Source of the DNA: Nageia nagi
Lineage: Eukaryota; Plantae; Pinophyta
NCBI GenBank assembly: GCA_050084985.1
Contig: JBITNC010000002.1
Location: 434,001-498,000, forward strand
Length of the DNA: 64,000 bases
Reading direction: 5' to 3'
Each line of letters starts with the position of its first letter. The first letter of the stretch is position 1. A program made the translations under genes and the position numbers. Of this stretch, positions 27,546 to 40,478 are shown in pieces. A model generated the notes under the pieces. It had not been told where the DNA came from and did not search any database. It was given only the letters and a program-made list of their open reading frames with translations.

Positions 27546-28062
27546 CAAATGTTTATGTCCAAAATCCAAAAATTCCATCCCCTACAAATGAACCTTAAGA
27601 GCTATAAATAGTTTTTTGTGGCAACTCCAAGTGTTGCCCTAACCCTAATGCTAATTTCGAGAAAATTAAGAGTGGTCCAATGAAAATTCGACACATGGCA
27701 TTACAAGATTTATTCTAGCACTTGTGGGAAAATCTTCATCTGTCTCAAGGTTATATCAACTTTAATAAATCTTTGAAATACAAATTCGAAATAAATAAAA
27801 TTCAAAATGTTTATGTCCAAAATTCAAAAATTCCATCCCCTACAAATGAACCTTTAAGAGCTATAAGTAGTTTTTCGTGGCAACTCCAAGTGTTGCCCTA
27901 ACCTTAATGCTAATTTCGAGAAAATTAAGAGTGGTCCAATGAAAATTCGACACATGGCATTACAAGATTTATTCTAGCACTTACAGGAGATAATCTTCAT
28001 CCGTCACAAGGTTATATCAACTTTAATAAATCTTTGAAATGCAAATTCAAAATAAAATTGCA
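27546..28062 (+). repeat. Tandem duplication, 2 x ~258 bp
   Basis: AAATGTTTATGTCCAAAAT...AAATAAAATT present twice at high identity; single copy in LTR B. Confidence 0.9.
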
Positions 28063-28344
28063 ATAAATAAAATATAATAAAATTGTTGCAACTGTGACAC
28101 CACACCTCTATGCTTCTCTAGTACCAACAAATTCCATCTTCCTCGATTCTACAACATTGGAGTTGACCTCTTCACTTTTGGCACCTGCAAGGGCGATCTA
28201 GTAGCTTGCATGCATCATTGGGACAGCCTGGAATCTTGTCTTTGAAATTTAGCCATCTTGGGTGCATGCCTCTGGAAGTCAAATTTCATAGTTTTCGTAC
28301 CTCATAGCTTGGCACGGGGTTAATAAGTGTCTTATGGGTTGATG

Positions 28345-29262
28345 CATGCAAGAAAAAGATAAGATTTTGTCTTTTTCTTTCATGTGCACTACTTGAGGTT
28401 GTCAGTCATCCTAGTGCAAGCTTCTCGAGTTCCACAACTTACTCTTCCATCCTTGCGCCACCCTTCTAGCCTCAAGTTGCTCATGATTTCATCTTTTCCT
28501 GAGCCTAGATTGTCAAAATCTCATCTCGAACTCCTCCAGATCCCCTCTTAGGCTAGGCGCATACTACAAAAAGTCAAGATTTTGTTTTTTTTTTCGGTGC
28601 ACCAGCCTTCCTAGTTGCTCCAGTTTTAGCGCATGCCAAAAAAAGTCAAGATTTTGTCTTTTTTCCAGTGCACCAGCCTTCCCAGTTGCTCCAATTTGAG
28701 CGCATGCCAAAAAAAGTTAAAATTTTGTCTTTTTTTCTAGTGCACTTACCTTCTTTTGCCCAAATTAGCTTGTTTTTGGGCCTTTGGGTGCAAGACTTAA
28801 CAAAAAAACTTCCTTTTTCTTCAACCTGAGCTCCCCCTTGCCTAGGCACATGCCACAAAAAGTCAAAATTTTGTCTTCTGGGAGCATGTGCAAGCCCTCC
28901 TAGGCCCTTCTGTGCTTGATGTTGGACTTGAATGTTCATGCCTTAGCCAGTTTTCAACTTAAGCTCAACCTTTGTGCTCCTGGCTAGTTGGAGCATGCCG
29001 AAAAAAGACAAGACTTTGTCTTCTAGAGGCATGCGTTGGGTCTCTGGGAGAACCAGTTTATCCTTTTTACCCCAAAACTTCATCTTGCTCCTCTTCCTGG
29101 TTGGGCACACGCCAAAAAAAGACAAGATTTTGTCTTTTTTTCTCATACGCTTGGCCTTAAGATGTCCGAGTTTGCTTTGTTTGACCCCAATCTCGACCTT
29201 GACTTCCTCTTCCAAGTACATGCCAAAAAAAGACAAAAACTTGTCTTTTTGAGTCATGCGCT
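28345..29262. repeat. Array of about 8 palindromic repeats with variable spacers
   Basis: GCATGCCAAAAAAAG(A/T)CAAGATTTTGTCTTTTT...; the last units are about 112 bp apart. Confidence 0.85.
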
Positions 29263-30038
29263 AGGCATGTTGGAGGATCCCTTACACTTGCCCGGATCCA
29301 AACTTGACCTGGGTACCCTTCTTTCACTTAAACTCGACCATTTTTTGGAATTTCGGACTTGGACTACCATGACTAAGGGTGGGGAAGACATGATGCTCAA
29401 TTCTTGACAAGATGATAAACATGATATCCAGGTAAATGAAGTTCTAAAATAGTTGTGACATTGCTCAAGAAAGGCGTTGACGGTCCCCAAAATCGCAAGA
29501 TTTTGAGGCATGTTGTGTTAGTCACAACAAAGACATGTGATGGTTGGTGATGAACACTTGGATGTCCTCAACCTCTGCATACAGCTCTTTGATCCAATCA
29601 ATGTTATTCTCAATATTTTTTAACATAAGATTGAGTGAGTGGACCACACAAGGTGTCCAAAAGATATGTGAATATCGTTCTTCAACCAACAACCCAACAA
29701 CTCTACAATTCTTGGCATTATCTGTTATGACTTGAACAACGTTGCACAGTCCGACTTGCTCAATGGCTTCGATGAGAATATCAGCAATAAATTGTCCATC
29801 ATTTACCTACCCTCACAATCCACAGCTTTCAAAAACATTGCCCCTTTAGGGAACATAGCTATGACATTGATCAAGGGCCGAATTTTTGAATCTTTCTAAC
29901 CATCTGAAACAATAGACACACCTGTCTCAATCCAATATGGAAAGACAACCCATTTGCATAAATACACCTTACTACATGCTGGTCAGCAATGTCTCTACTC
30001 TCATTTTGAAATGCCATCTCCAAACGTACCTTTAGTCT

Positions 30039-33000
30039 TTTGTTTGTAGTGGGATTGGGTAGTTGTTCACTTTTGAGCATGAGTGGCCAAAAATGGGTGG
30101 TTTTCTACCATGATATTGGGATTAGATGGGGGTGACATTCTCTTTAATATTTTTAAGGGCCGATTTGCTTTACGGGAGTCCTGTTCATCTGCTTGTTCTT
30201 GCTCCATAATATATCTTATCACTGTCTCTGATGGCACAGAGAAGAGTTTGAAGGTGTAAAATCAACTTAACAATTACAAAACTCCCATAATTCAAGCTCA
30301 CTGTTTTATGCTTTCAAATATAGACTGAGAGTCAGTGTCTTGCAGACAGGCTGTGTAACCAGCCAACCGATTAGACCATCAAAACCAGCCTACCAGCTAG
30401 TTAACAGGCCTATCGGCTGGTACTATGTAGTGCATTTTTTCCAAAATGTTGTCTCTTCGTTTTTCCCTCATTTTTTGCTTTGTATAGGAATATGAAATAA
30501 ACAGCAAGGTCGCCCACGGCCTGTAAACTATATTTATTCCTCGTTCTAAGTTGTAATGAATGTTGGAGTGTGTTCTCAAACTTTAATACAAGTTTTATGG
30601 TGTTCTACAAAATTCTAGTTTTGTGTGTTGCCATTAATGAATGCATTCTTGCCCATTTGAATTGCAAAATTGTTTTGCATCTACTTGGTTGTATAATTCA
30701 CTTATTTGTTTGTTCTAATTAACTTCATTTCGTATCAGAGCTTCATTGGATCAAATTGGGTTCAAGAAGTTGTCCAGGAAGAGAAGAGAAAACATGGCAA
30801 GCAATTAAAATGCAATTCCCATTCTAGAGTTTGATTGGAATGACTATGAGTACTAGAGTGTCCGGAAGAAGACTCTCCTAAAGGGAAGAGGCAACTGGGA
30901 TATTATAAAGGCTGGCTACAATGATCCTGCTGATTGGAGTGTCTTGAGCGCAAATGCAAAGAAGGATGCAAAGGAGAAAGAGAAGCAGAACTCCATGGCT
31001 CTCTCCTTCATCCAAGCAGCTCTGGACAAGAGAATCTTTCCAAAATCTCAGCTTGAGTCTCAACCCAAGAAGCATGGGCAACATTGAGAGAAGGCTAACA
31101 AACGAGCTTGAAGGTGAAAGAGGTGAAACTCCAAACATTGTGAAAGGAGTTTGAAAATTTGAAGCAAGAAGAGGAAATTGCTAGAGATTATTGTGTAAGA
31201 GTGAAAGCCATTGTCAATAAAATGGCCACTCTCGAAGAGAAGATAGAGAAGGAAGTTGTCATCAAGAAGATTTTGATGATACTACTGCACTCATTATTGA
31301 AGAAACAAAGGACCTCTCAACCATGGAGATTGACCATTTAATTGGCTCTCTTACATCTCATGAAGAGAGAGTTTTGAAGAGAGCAAATATAGTAATAAGC
31401 AACAGTGATGAGCAAGCATTCTCCATCAAAGAGAATGAAGGACAAGGAAAAGGACAAGGTAGAGGCTCAAGAGGAAGAGGTAGATCCAGAAGAGGATGAA
31501 GAATAGGCTCTTTTGGAAGAGGAAGACAAAGAGAACAGAGTACAAAAAATGAATCAACATATGCATCAAGGGGGAGACACTCCGTAAGAGGAAGAGGTAA
31601 AGATGAGAGAAATTTGCAATATTTTTATTGCAATAAATTTGGCCATTTTGAGCACAAGTGTAGATTGAAGCAAGCTAATGAAGGTAAATCAGCCCACTAT
31701 GGAGAAGAAGAGCATGTATATGGTGAAGAACAATTGTTTCTTTCAATTGCAAGCCCCCAAAAGCTTGAAGATGAGACTTGGCTCTTGGATAGTGGCTACA
31801 CAAACCACATGACCGGTTAATAGTCCCTACTCTCTTCAATGGATTACTCTAACAAGTCAAATGTGAGATTGGGAGATGAGAAGAGCTTGGAGATTGTTGG
31901 CAAAGGAGATATGCAAGTTCCAACCAAGAAGGGAACTATGAAGGTAAAAGACATGTATTATGCTCCAAATGCTCAACAAAGTCTGTTGAGCATTGGCCAA
32001 ATGCTAGAAAAGAACTACAAATTGGTGTTTGAGGACAAGCTGTGTAAAATTTATGATAAAAACCATAATGGGAGACTTGTTACTATTGTTCACATGATTG
32101 CAAATAAACTCTTTCCGATGAAGTTTCTTGAGAAGGATGGAGGCTTTGTATTTGTGGGAATTGAAGACAAAAATGCACTTTGTCATATCAGGCTTGGGCA
32201 TTTGAATTTTCAGAGCTTGAAAACTCCTACATCAACGGAGAGAGGGCTGCCACAAGTAGAAGATTGTAAAGATGTGTGTGAGGAATGTGCGCTTGGAAAG
32301 CAAGCAAAGAGCAAGTTTCCAAAGGAAGAAGCATGGAGAGCCAAACACCCTCTCCAATTTGTCCATACCAGCATTTGTGAGCCTATGCAAACTCAAAGCT
32401 TTGGTAAATCCTCTTACTTTATCACTTTCATTGATGATTTCAGTAGAATGTGTTGGGCTTACTTCATTAAGAGCAAGGATGAAGCATTTGACTGTTTTAA
32501 GGAGTTTAAAGCTTTTGTTGAGAAGCAAGGTGGGTATAACACTATAATGTGAAGTGTTTGAGAAGTGATAGAGGAGGAGAGTACTATAGCAATGAATTCT
32601 TTCATTGTTGCAAAGCGAATGGACTTAGGAGACACCTCACCTCTCCCTACACACCACAACAAAATGGTGTAGCAAAAAGAAAAAATAGAACATTGGTTGA
32701 GATGGCTAGAAGCATGATGCAAAGCAAGAAACTGTTGAATATTTATTAGGCTAAAGCAGTAAGAACAGTTGTGTACATTTTGAACAGGTCTCCTACAAGA
32801 AGTTTGGATAAAATTTTCCCCTATGAAGCTTGGTTTGAAAGAAACCCAAATTTGCAACACTTGAGAGTGTTTGGTTGTCTTGCATATGTGCATGTAAATG
32901 ATAAAAAGAGGAGAAAATTGGATGTCAAATCTGAAGCTTGTGTGTTTATAGGATATTGTGAGCCTTCAAAAGCTTATAAATTCTATAATCCCAAGACTCA

Positions 33001-35735
33001 CAAGACAATTGTTTCTAGAGATGCCATTTTTTATAAAGGGGGAGTATAGTAATCAAAAATTGCAACAAAAAGTGTTTGTAGATGAGAGCTTGGAGGAGAG
33101 AACGCCATCAAAAGTGCAGCCCAGCCATCTTGTGACTCAGAAAAAAAAAGGACAGCCATCAAGTGTGAATGTTCCAAGCTCACCAAGAACCTCTAGCTCC
33201 ATCACAACCCCAACAAGTATTAGTGCACCAAACTCACCCAATGCAAGGATGATGAATCAAGGCAACAAAGGCAAAAGATGGTTGAAGGATCACCCACCAA
33301 GTCAAATCATAGATGGTAACAACATGAGAAGAATTACAAGGAGCCAAACCCAAGAAATGTAAAATCTAGTCACAAGGCTAGAGAACATTCAGTTCTCTGG
33401 AGATGAAGATAGTGGAAAGAGATGAAGATAGTGGAGAGCCCAAAGGAGAAATGGTAAACTATGCACTTTACTCTTCTCTTTCAAATTTTGTCTCAAATGC
33501 AATTGTTGTTGAGTCATCTTGTTACGAAGAAGCTTGTTGTAATGTTGTTTGGGTGCAAGCTATGAGGAGATTGATGCTATTGAGAGGAATGATAATTAGG
33601 AACTTTGTGAGTTGCCCAAAGGTAAAAAGGTTGTTGCTTCCAAATGGGCGTATAAAACAAAATGCAAGAGTGATGGGAGCATTGAAAGGTACAAAGCAAG
33701 GCTAGTGGCAAAAGGATTCACACAGTAGTATGGTGTGGATTTCGAGGAGACATTTGCACCTGTTGCAAGAAAAGAAACAATAAGATTAGCGCTCTCTTTG
33801 GCTGCAACCAAAAATTGGACAATCCAACACATGGATGTAAAGAGTGTCTTTCTCAATGGGTACATCTATGAAGAGGTGTATGTAGCACAACCTCAAGGCT
33901 TTGAGGTTCAAGGAAAAGAAGACCAAGTGTACATACTTAAAAAGGTACTATATGGGCTGAAGCAAGCTTCAAGAGCTTAGTACACAAGAATTGATGGATG
34001 CTTCAAAAGTGTGGGATTTCAAAGAAGTGTAAGTGACCCTACTTTGTATTTTAAGTAAGATGGATCTGATATTTTGATTGTTTGTTTGTATGTAGATGAT
34101 TTGATCTTCATGGGCAGCAATAGCAAAATGAATGAAGATTTTCAAAACTCAAATGATGGTTGAGTTTGAAATGAAAGATCTTGGTTTGATGAGCTACTTC
34201 CTTGGCTTAAAGGTGCATCAAACAAAAGAAGAGATTTTTGTGTCCCAATCCAAATTTGCACATGATATGTTGAAGAAGTTCAAAATGGAGAATTGCATGC
34301 CTATTACAACACCTACAGCCCATGGAGAACATCTTTACAAAGAAGATGGAGCACCAAAAGTGAACAAGAAAGAGTATAGGAGTATTGTTGGAAGCCTCAT
34401 GTTTCTAACAAACACAAGGCCAGATTCGCAATTTAGTGTTTCATTGGTTGCAAGGTATATGAGTGATCCATCTATTATCCATGTCAAGGCAGCAAAGAGA
34501 ATCCTCAGATATGTGAAGGGGGCAGTCAATTTTGGAATACATTACACATGTAATTCCAAGTTCAAACTCATAGGGTTTAGTGACAGTGATTGGGGTAGTG
34601 ATTTGGATGATAGAAAGAGCACAAGTGGGAATTGCTTCTCTCTTGGATCAGGTCTAATATCATGAAGCTCAAGAAAACAATCCATTGTAGCTCTTTCAAG
34701 TACTAAGGTTGAGTATGTAGTTGTGACAAGTGCTTCAACACAAGCTTTGTGGTTGAGGAAGGTGTTGAAGGAGATTGGAGAGCAGCAAAAAGATGCACCT
34801 ACCATTTTTTGCGACAACCAAGGTGCCATTAAGTTGGCACAAAACCCTATCCATCATTCCAGAATAAAACATTTTGATTTGAAGACACATTTCATTCAAG
34901 ATTTAGTGCAGAAAGGGATAGTCAAATTGAGGTGTTGTCCAACACAAAATCAAGTGGCTCATATATTCACTAAATTCGTGGCAAAATCTCAATTTGTGCT
35001 ACTAAGAGACTTAATTGTTGGTCCTCTTATCAACAAAAGGGAGTATGAAGAGTTTGAAGGTGTAAAATCAACTTACCAATTACAAAACTCCCATAATTTG
35101 AGCTCATTGTTTTATGCTTTCACATACAAATTGAGAGTTGGTGTCTTGCAGACCGGCTATGTAACTAGACAACCAATTAGACCATCAAAACCGACCTATC
35201 AACTAGTTAACCAGCCTCTTGGCTGGTATTGAGTAGTGTGTTTTTTTAAATGTTGCTTCTTCGTTTTTGCCTCGTTTTTTGCTTTGTATAGGAATATGAA
35301 ATGAACAGCCAAGGTCACCCACAACCTGTAAATTGTATTTATTCCTTGTTCTAAGTTGTAATGATTGTTGGAGTGTGTTCTCAAACTTTAATATAAGTTT
35401 TATGGTGTTCTACAAAATTCTGGTTTTGTGTGTTGCCATTGATGAATGCATTCTTGCCCATTTGAATTGCAGAATAGTTTTGCCATCTACTTGGTTGTAT
35501 AATTCACTTATTTGTTTGTTCTAATTTGTTTGTAGTGGGATTGGGTTGTTTTTCACTTTGAGTTTGAGCATGAGTAGCCAAAAATGGGTGGTTTTCTACC
35601 ATGATATTGGGATTAGATGGGGGCAGCATTCTCTTTAATCTTTTTTAAGTAAGGGTTAATTTGCCTTACAGGAGTCCCAATCATTTGCTTGTTCTTGCTC
35701 CATAATATATCTTATCATTGTCTCTGATGGCACAG
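30039..35735 (+). repeat. ~200-bp direct duplication of hAT sequence flanking the copia (30039-30239 and 35525-35735)
   Basis: TTGTTTGTAGTGGGATTGGGT...TGTCTCTGATGGCACAG on both sides. Confidence 0.9.
30241..35526 (+). mobile_element. Near-full-length decayed Ty1/copia (LTRs 30241-30727 and 35044-35526; PBS 30730-30741; PPT 35035-35043)
   Basis: Paired LTRs; TCGTATCAGAGC; gag knuckle YCNKFGHFEHKC, WLLDSG, LRSDRGGEY, QHMDVKSVFLNG, LYVDD, FSDSDWG; many stops and frameshifts. Confidence 0.95.
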
Positions 35736-38104
35736 GTACACCATTCTTTCCAAAGCAAGCTTTGATGACTTTTCCAGGTATTCCAAACAAATGGACTTTC
35801 ACCCGAAAATATGAACTAGAATATTGAACATCACATCCATTGCATTTCCAAATGTAACCCCACACACTTGGAACCGGTTCTATCATTTCAACATATTTCC
35901 ATGGAGAAATCGGATTTGTTTTGAACTTAGGTTGGCTTGTACCAGTAGAACTAGTTGCCATTGTGATTCCTATGGCAAGAAAAAACCTAGATCTTTTGAA
36001 TCTTTCATATATTAATATAAGAATGGAAAAAACATAGATAAACAAACTCAAAGGAAAGAATTTGTTTCAAGTATCAACTTCAAGATTGAAAATAAAATGA
36101 AAGAAAAAATTGAAAAAAACTTACCTCTTTGCAAAAAAATCCTTCAATGGTCTTCTTGGCAAGCAATGAACACTTGCAAATGAGTAGGAATAGCAATACA
36201 ATCCTTATAGAAGCTTCAACAATCGCTATTAAAAACCAATGCTCAGCCTTGTGGAATAAAATTTGATGTTTACAAAAGAAATGAACAAAAATGAAGTAGT
36301 TTAGAGGTTTCATGTTCTTTAAGGGTAACTTTTAGAGTTTACAAGGTGGAATTGGTCAAAGTTTAATCAAAAAAACATTAAAAAATGCAAAATATCTGCC
36401 TCTAATCGTGGTTTCTATTTGGGTGTGTCCGAGTTCCTCTCGGGCAAACCGGGCGGGAATTGGCCGAACCCTACCAAAACTTGTAGGCAGGCCGAACCAG
36501 CACCCAAACTAGGCACGAGCCGGACCCACACTGGAGCCTCCAGCCAACAAACCCGATAGCTTAGGTTTTTTATATCTCCTCTTGTAACTATTACATGATC
36601 GTAGTTACTAGATCTCTAATACTACAATTAGCTATTAATCTATATTGTCATTCCATAGGCACAATTAATTGTACATTTTTAATATATATTCTCTATTTTT
36701 TATGTCTATAGATACCAAAACTTAGGTTCGTTGTTGTTGTTAACACTAATAGTGCCAAATTTATATGGGTAGCAAATCCAATCAAAACACTCATATAACA
36801 AAAAAATATAAGACAATAGACATGAATACCCAAAATAGATAGTAAAATGTACTAAATGCCAATATGAGAGTAGCAATGAAACATAAACAATTCACAATGC
36901 AATGCAGTATCGACAAATAATAGACAAATATGAATATATTACGTAAAACAAACTCTAGATAACATAACTAATATGAAATGATGGCAAGTTTAAAATAACA
37001 ATGTTGTAACCACCTCAAAGGTCTAACCTCCAATACGTAATCAACGACTAAGAAGGATGTTATGCATGATCCATACATCATCTACACCACTACTTCACCT
37101 TTTATTCATAGACACAAGCAATAACTAATAACTACTACTAATGCTCAACTATTGACTACCCAAGATAATCTCACCTAGACCCTATTCCATAGAAGTATGC
37201 TAGTGTATCACATAAGCATTTGGACTCTATCATAAGATTCATAACCATCTAGAATAGCATATATGATCATCCTCAATGTAGTAATTTAGCAAAGGAGGAA
37301 AGGAAATCAAAATTTTAATGATGATATAAGTTTGTATTACTTTGCTATGGAACGAAATGTAGCTTTTCCACCTAAATAGAATTCCTAAATCAATTCTCAA
37401 GACTAGCAGTGATGTATTACAAAATACTATAAAAATTTTGTAAAATATTTAAATAAATCACTGGCAACTTCCTTCAACAATCACAAAGAAAAAAAATTAC
37501 AAGATAACAAGATAAGAATTTCATAGTAACTAAAAACTTTCCATTGAGATGAAAAACTTACAGATTCTCAAAGTTTGGTTCAAGACTAGTTTCAAGGCAT
37601 TCCACCTATCATCAATTGAACTGTTTTTGAGAAAAAGTTACATGTTGAAATTCTTAAATAGGCAAAAGGTAACCCTAGAGGCAAGCATACAACTCCTTAG
37701 GATTAAAAATTCATTAAAATAATTTCTAAAATATAGAAATTAAGATTTAATTTCTACATAAGAAACTATAGGTAAAATTTTATGAGGGGTAATTTCAAAC
37801 AAAAAGAGAAATCTAAGCTTCTCAAACTCCCTAAAAGGTTGCTCCATAAAAACAAAGATCCATCTTAATCTTAAAAAAAGCTCCTCAATAAAGTCTGCTT
37901 CTAAATAAAAAGCTCCTTGCTCTTAATCTCTGAAAGAAGAAACTCCTTAGTCGAATAAAACTGGCCTTATCAGATTCTCTGAGAAGGTATCATTTAAGCT
38001 CAGACAAAATAAAAGACTTCTTTTGATGCAAAGGATGCCACGATCAAAGTGGGAAGTATTAAAAATGTTCGTTGGCTTCTTAAAGCAACGAGTGGAGAGG
38101 GTAT

Positions 38105-40478
38105 TGTTGGGGGCTTTTTCTTTCCTCCCCTTGTCAATTGGTAAATTGTATCACAAGGCTTGTAGAAAGACTCCAACACCTGAGTGGTAGGGCATGACCC
38201 CTACCCGCTATGAGGACTGTTTGCCCCAAAGGTTTGAAAGTGAAGGGTGCAAGGGTTCACTCAAGTGATATGGTAGAGATGTTTGAAGCTATTACCAACT
38301 CAAATGAAATTTGTTAATCAACAACTCGAAGGGTCCCTAATCCAGGCATAGTTGTTTCTCAAAGAAAAGGAAAAAGGTTTGTTGTGAAAGTCGTGTAAAG
38401 AAAATAGAAAATAAAAAAAGGGTTGTGAAAAGACGGTGATATATGAATTCAGCTCTAGGGCAATGTTCTCACTGACTAGTATGACCTTCTAAGACCGAAC
38501 TTGTGCTGGTTTGACATAGGTTCCACACACCCCAAATCCAACTCGACAGGCGACAACACGGACATCCCAACGAGAGGAGCTTGGCACTAAGGCAATGGAT
38601 AAGAAATGTATCGTATGGGTAGAACTCAATTGTGGAGTGAAGTTCCTATATTAAACGGCATACACAAGTCATCTTAGAACACACTAATCCCATGTGCAAA
38701 CTATGAAACTTTACAATCAAGCACTTCTTGAAATATTTCAAAGGATGTACAAGCATTCTTTTATCCACCAACAAGGTTTATAAAATGTCCCAAATACTCA
38801 AGATAGCATAAAAATGTAACATTCATTCACTTTCATAGTCCCAAATCAAAACAAGCTCACTTCAATTTCTTGGAATTGTATCACAATTGCGAAAAGGGAA
38901 AACTTGCAAAATTGAAAGTATTATGTAAGTGGTCCCAAATGCAAAAATGTTTGATCCCCTACAAATGATCCCAAATGGGCTATAAATAGTTTTTCCTGGC
39001 AACTCAAAGTGTTGTCCTAACCCTAATTGCAATTTCCAAGAAATAGAATATGGTCCAATCACAAATCGCCACATGGCGTTACAAGGTTTCTTCCAAACTT
39101 GTGGAAGCAAATCCTCATTCATCACAAGTTTAGGAATTAAATAATAATATAATAAAGCATTTTAGACAAAAATAGATATCATTTTCTTGGAAATAAAATA
39201 AACTGGAAAATTGTGACAAAGCTACCAATGGGCCCAAGCCCACAACACGTTCCTCAAATTCCTCATCTAGGAATTTTGTAGCATGAGAAAAGTTCCATCC
39301 TGGCCATCCATGTGTTTGTCCTCGAGATGTGCGCCTACTTGAAATTGCATACCTTGTTGGTCAAGACCAGACGTGGGGGTTCTGGGGCTCCTTCTGGCTT
39401 AGCGCATGGCTAGAAAAGACAAGATTTTGTCTTTTTGGATCATGCGGCAACCTTGGGGGTGAGTATGCTTCCCACATTGGCCATCCTTGCTCTCTTGCTT
39501 GCTCATCTTGACCCTGAACCTCATCTTGTGACTTGATCTTTCCTGATTTTTGGTCTTTCTAGTGCCTAGGCTTGTCAAATTTCATCTTTCATCTCAACCT
39601 GGGCACTCCCCAAGCCTAACGCATGGCTCAAAAAGTCAATTTTGACTTTTTGAACCATGCGACAACCTCTCCTGCTCTTCTAGCTTGGTTGCATGGTTCA
39701 AAAAGACAAGATTTTGTCTTTTTGAGGCATGCGCTAGCCTCCCTGATGCTTTTTGACTTTTGAAGCATGCGACAACCTCTCCTGCTCTTCTAGCTTGGTT
39801 GCATGGTTCAAAAAGACAAGATTTTGTCTTTTTGAGGCATGCGCTAGCCTCCCTTATGCTTGGGGTTCACTTCCTAATCCTCGAACTTGCCCAGTTACTC
39901 CTCCCAACTTGGTCACATGATTCAAAAAGACAAGATTTTATCTTTTGAAATCATGCGACAAACTTGTTGTGCTTTGTTCTTGTCTTTTCTCTGCTTTGTT
40001 TCGATCCAGACTGCTCCCTGACCTGGTCGCATGATTCAAAAAGACAAGATTTTGTCTTTTTGAGGCATGCACCAAGCCTCAAAGTGACCCAGATTGCTTT
40101 TCTAGGAATTAACTTCAGTCTAGACGACTCCCTAACCCAATCACATGTTTCAAAAAGACAAGATTTTGTCTTTTGAAATCATGCACCAGCCCTAGGAGTG
40201 GCCCAATTTGACTTGACTTTGTCCCGACTCATCCTGGACTTCCCTGGTTCACCTAAGATTGACTTTTGGTTTTCCAGACATAGCCATTTTTTGGAAATTT
40301 AGGATTTTGGCTCAACATGACTAAGACTAGGCAATTGATTAGACTTAGGCTTGGGACAACTTGACATAATATCCAAGCTCTTATTGAAGGAGACAAAAAC
40401 ATGACCCTATCTGTAGACGAGTTAGTGAGGGTCCCCAAAATCGTAGGATTTTGGGGCACGTTGTGTTTAGTCACAACA
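38105..40478. mobile_element. Solo LTR (hairpin-array family, copy B)
   Basis: TGTTGG...CACAACA; decayed TSD GGTAT/AGTAC (ancestral GGTAC restores the PLE frame I-G-T-L); homologous to 25554-29529. Confidence 0.85.
39402..40185. repeat. Array of about 7 palindromic ~44-bp repeats with variable spacers, period about 110-114 bp
   Basis: GCATG(G/A)TTCAAAAAGACAAGATTTTGTCTTTTTGA(G/A)NCATGC repeated. Confidence 0.9.

Larger units (their letters stand above)
25554..29529. mobile_element. Large solo LTR (hairpin-array family, copy A)
   Basis: TGTTAG...CACAACA; TSD GAGAC/AAGAC; removing it rejoins hAT ...ITNHHMSQGIFRSFSKLE; collinear with 38105-40478. Confidence 0.85.
23930..36563 (-). mobile_element. 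hAT DNA transposon with a pseudogenised, intron-containing transposase (BED finger, DUF659, dimerisation region), split by nested insertions
   Basis: Minus strand: WKYVE...WKCNGC...RVKVHL (35656-35962); VVQVITDNAKNCR...IFWTPCVVHSLNLML (29535-29790); ILDDSWWDRVEYLL...TPLHLLAFALSPKYY (24970-25400); GTAAGT donors at about 25506 and 24700. Outer termini are uncertain. Confidence 0.85.

Noticed and set aside
27637-27648. CCCTAACCCTAA telomere-like repeat (also near 59681)
   Set aside because: Only two units; a common LTR/telo-box-like motif, not an interstitial telomere.
28345-40185. True CRISPR arrays
   Set aside because: Eukaryotic LTR context, no cas genes, long and compositionally similar spacers, degenerate repeats; only the architecture is CRISPR-like.
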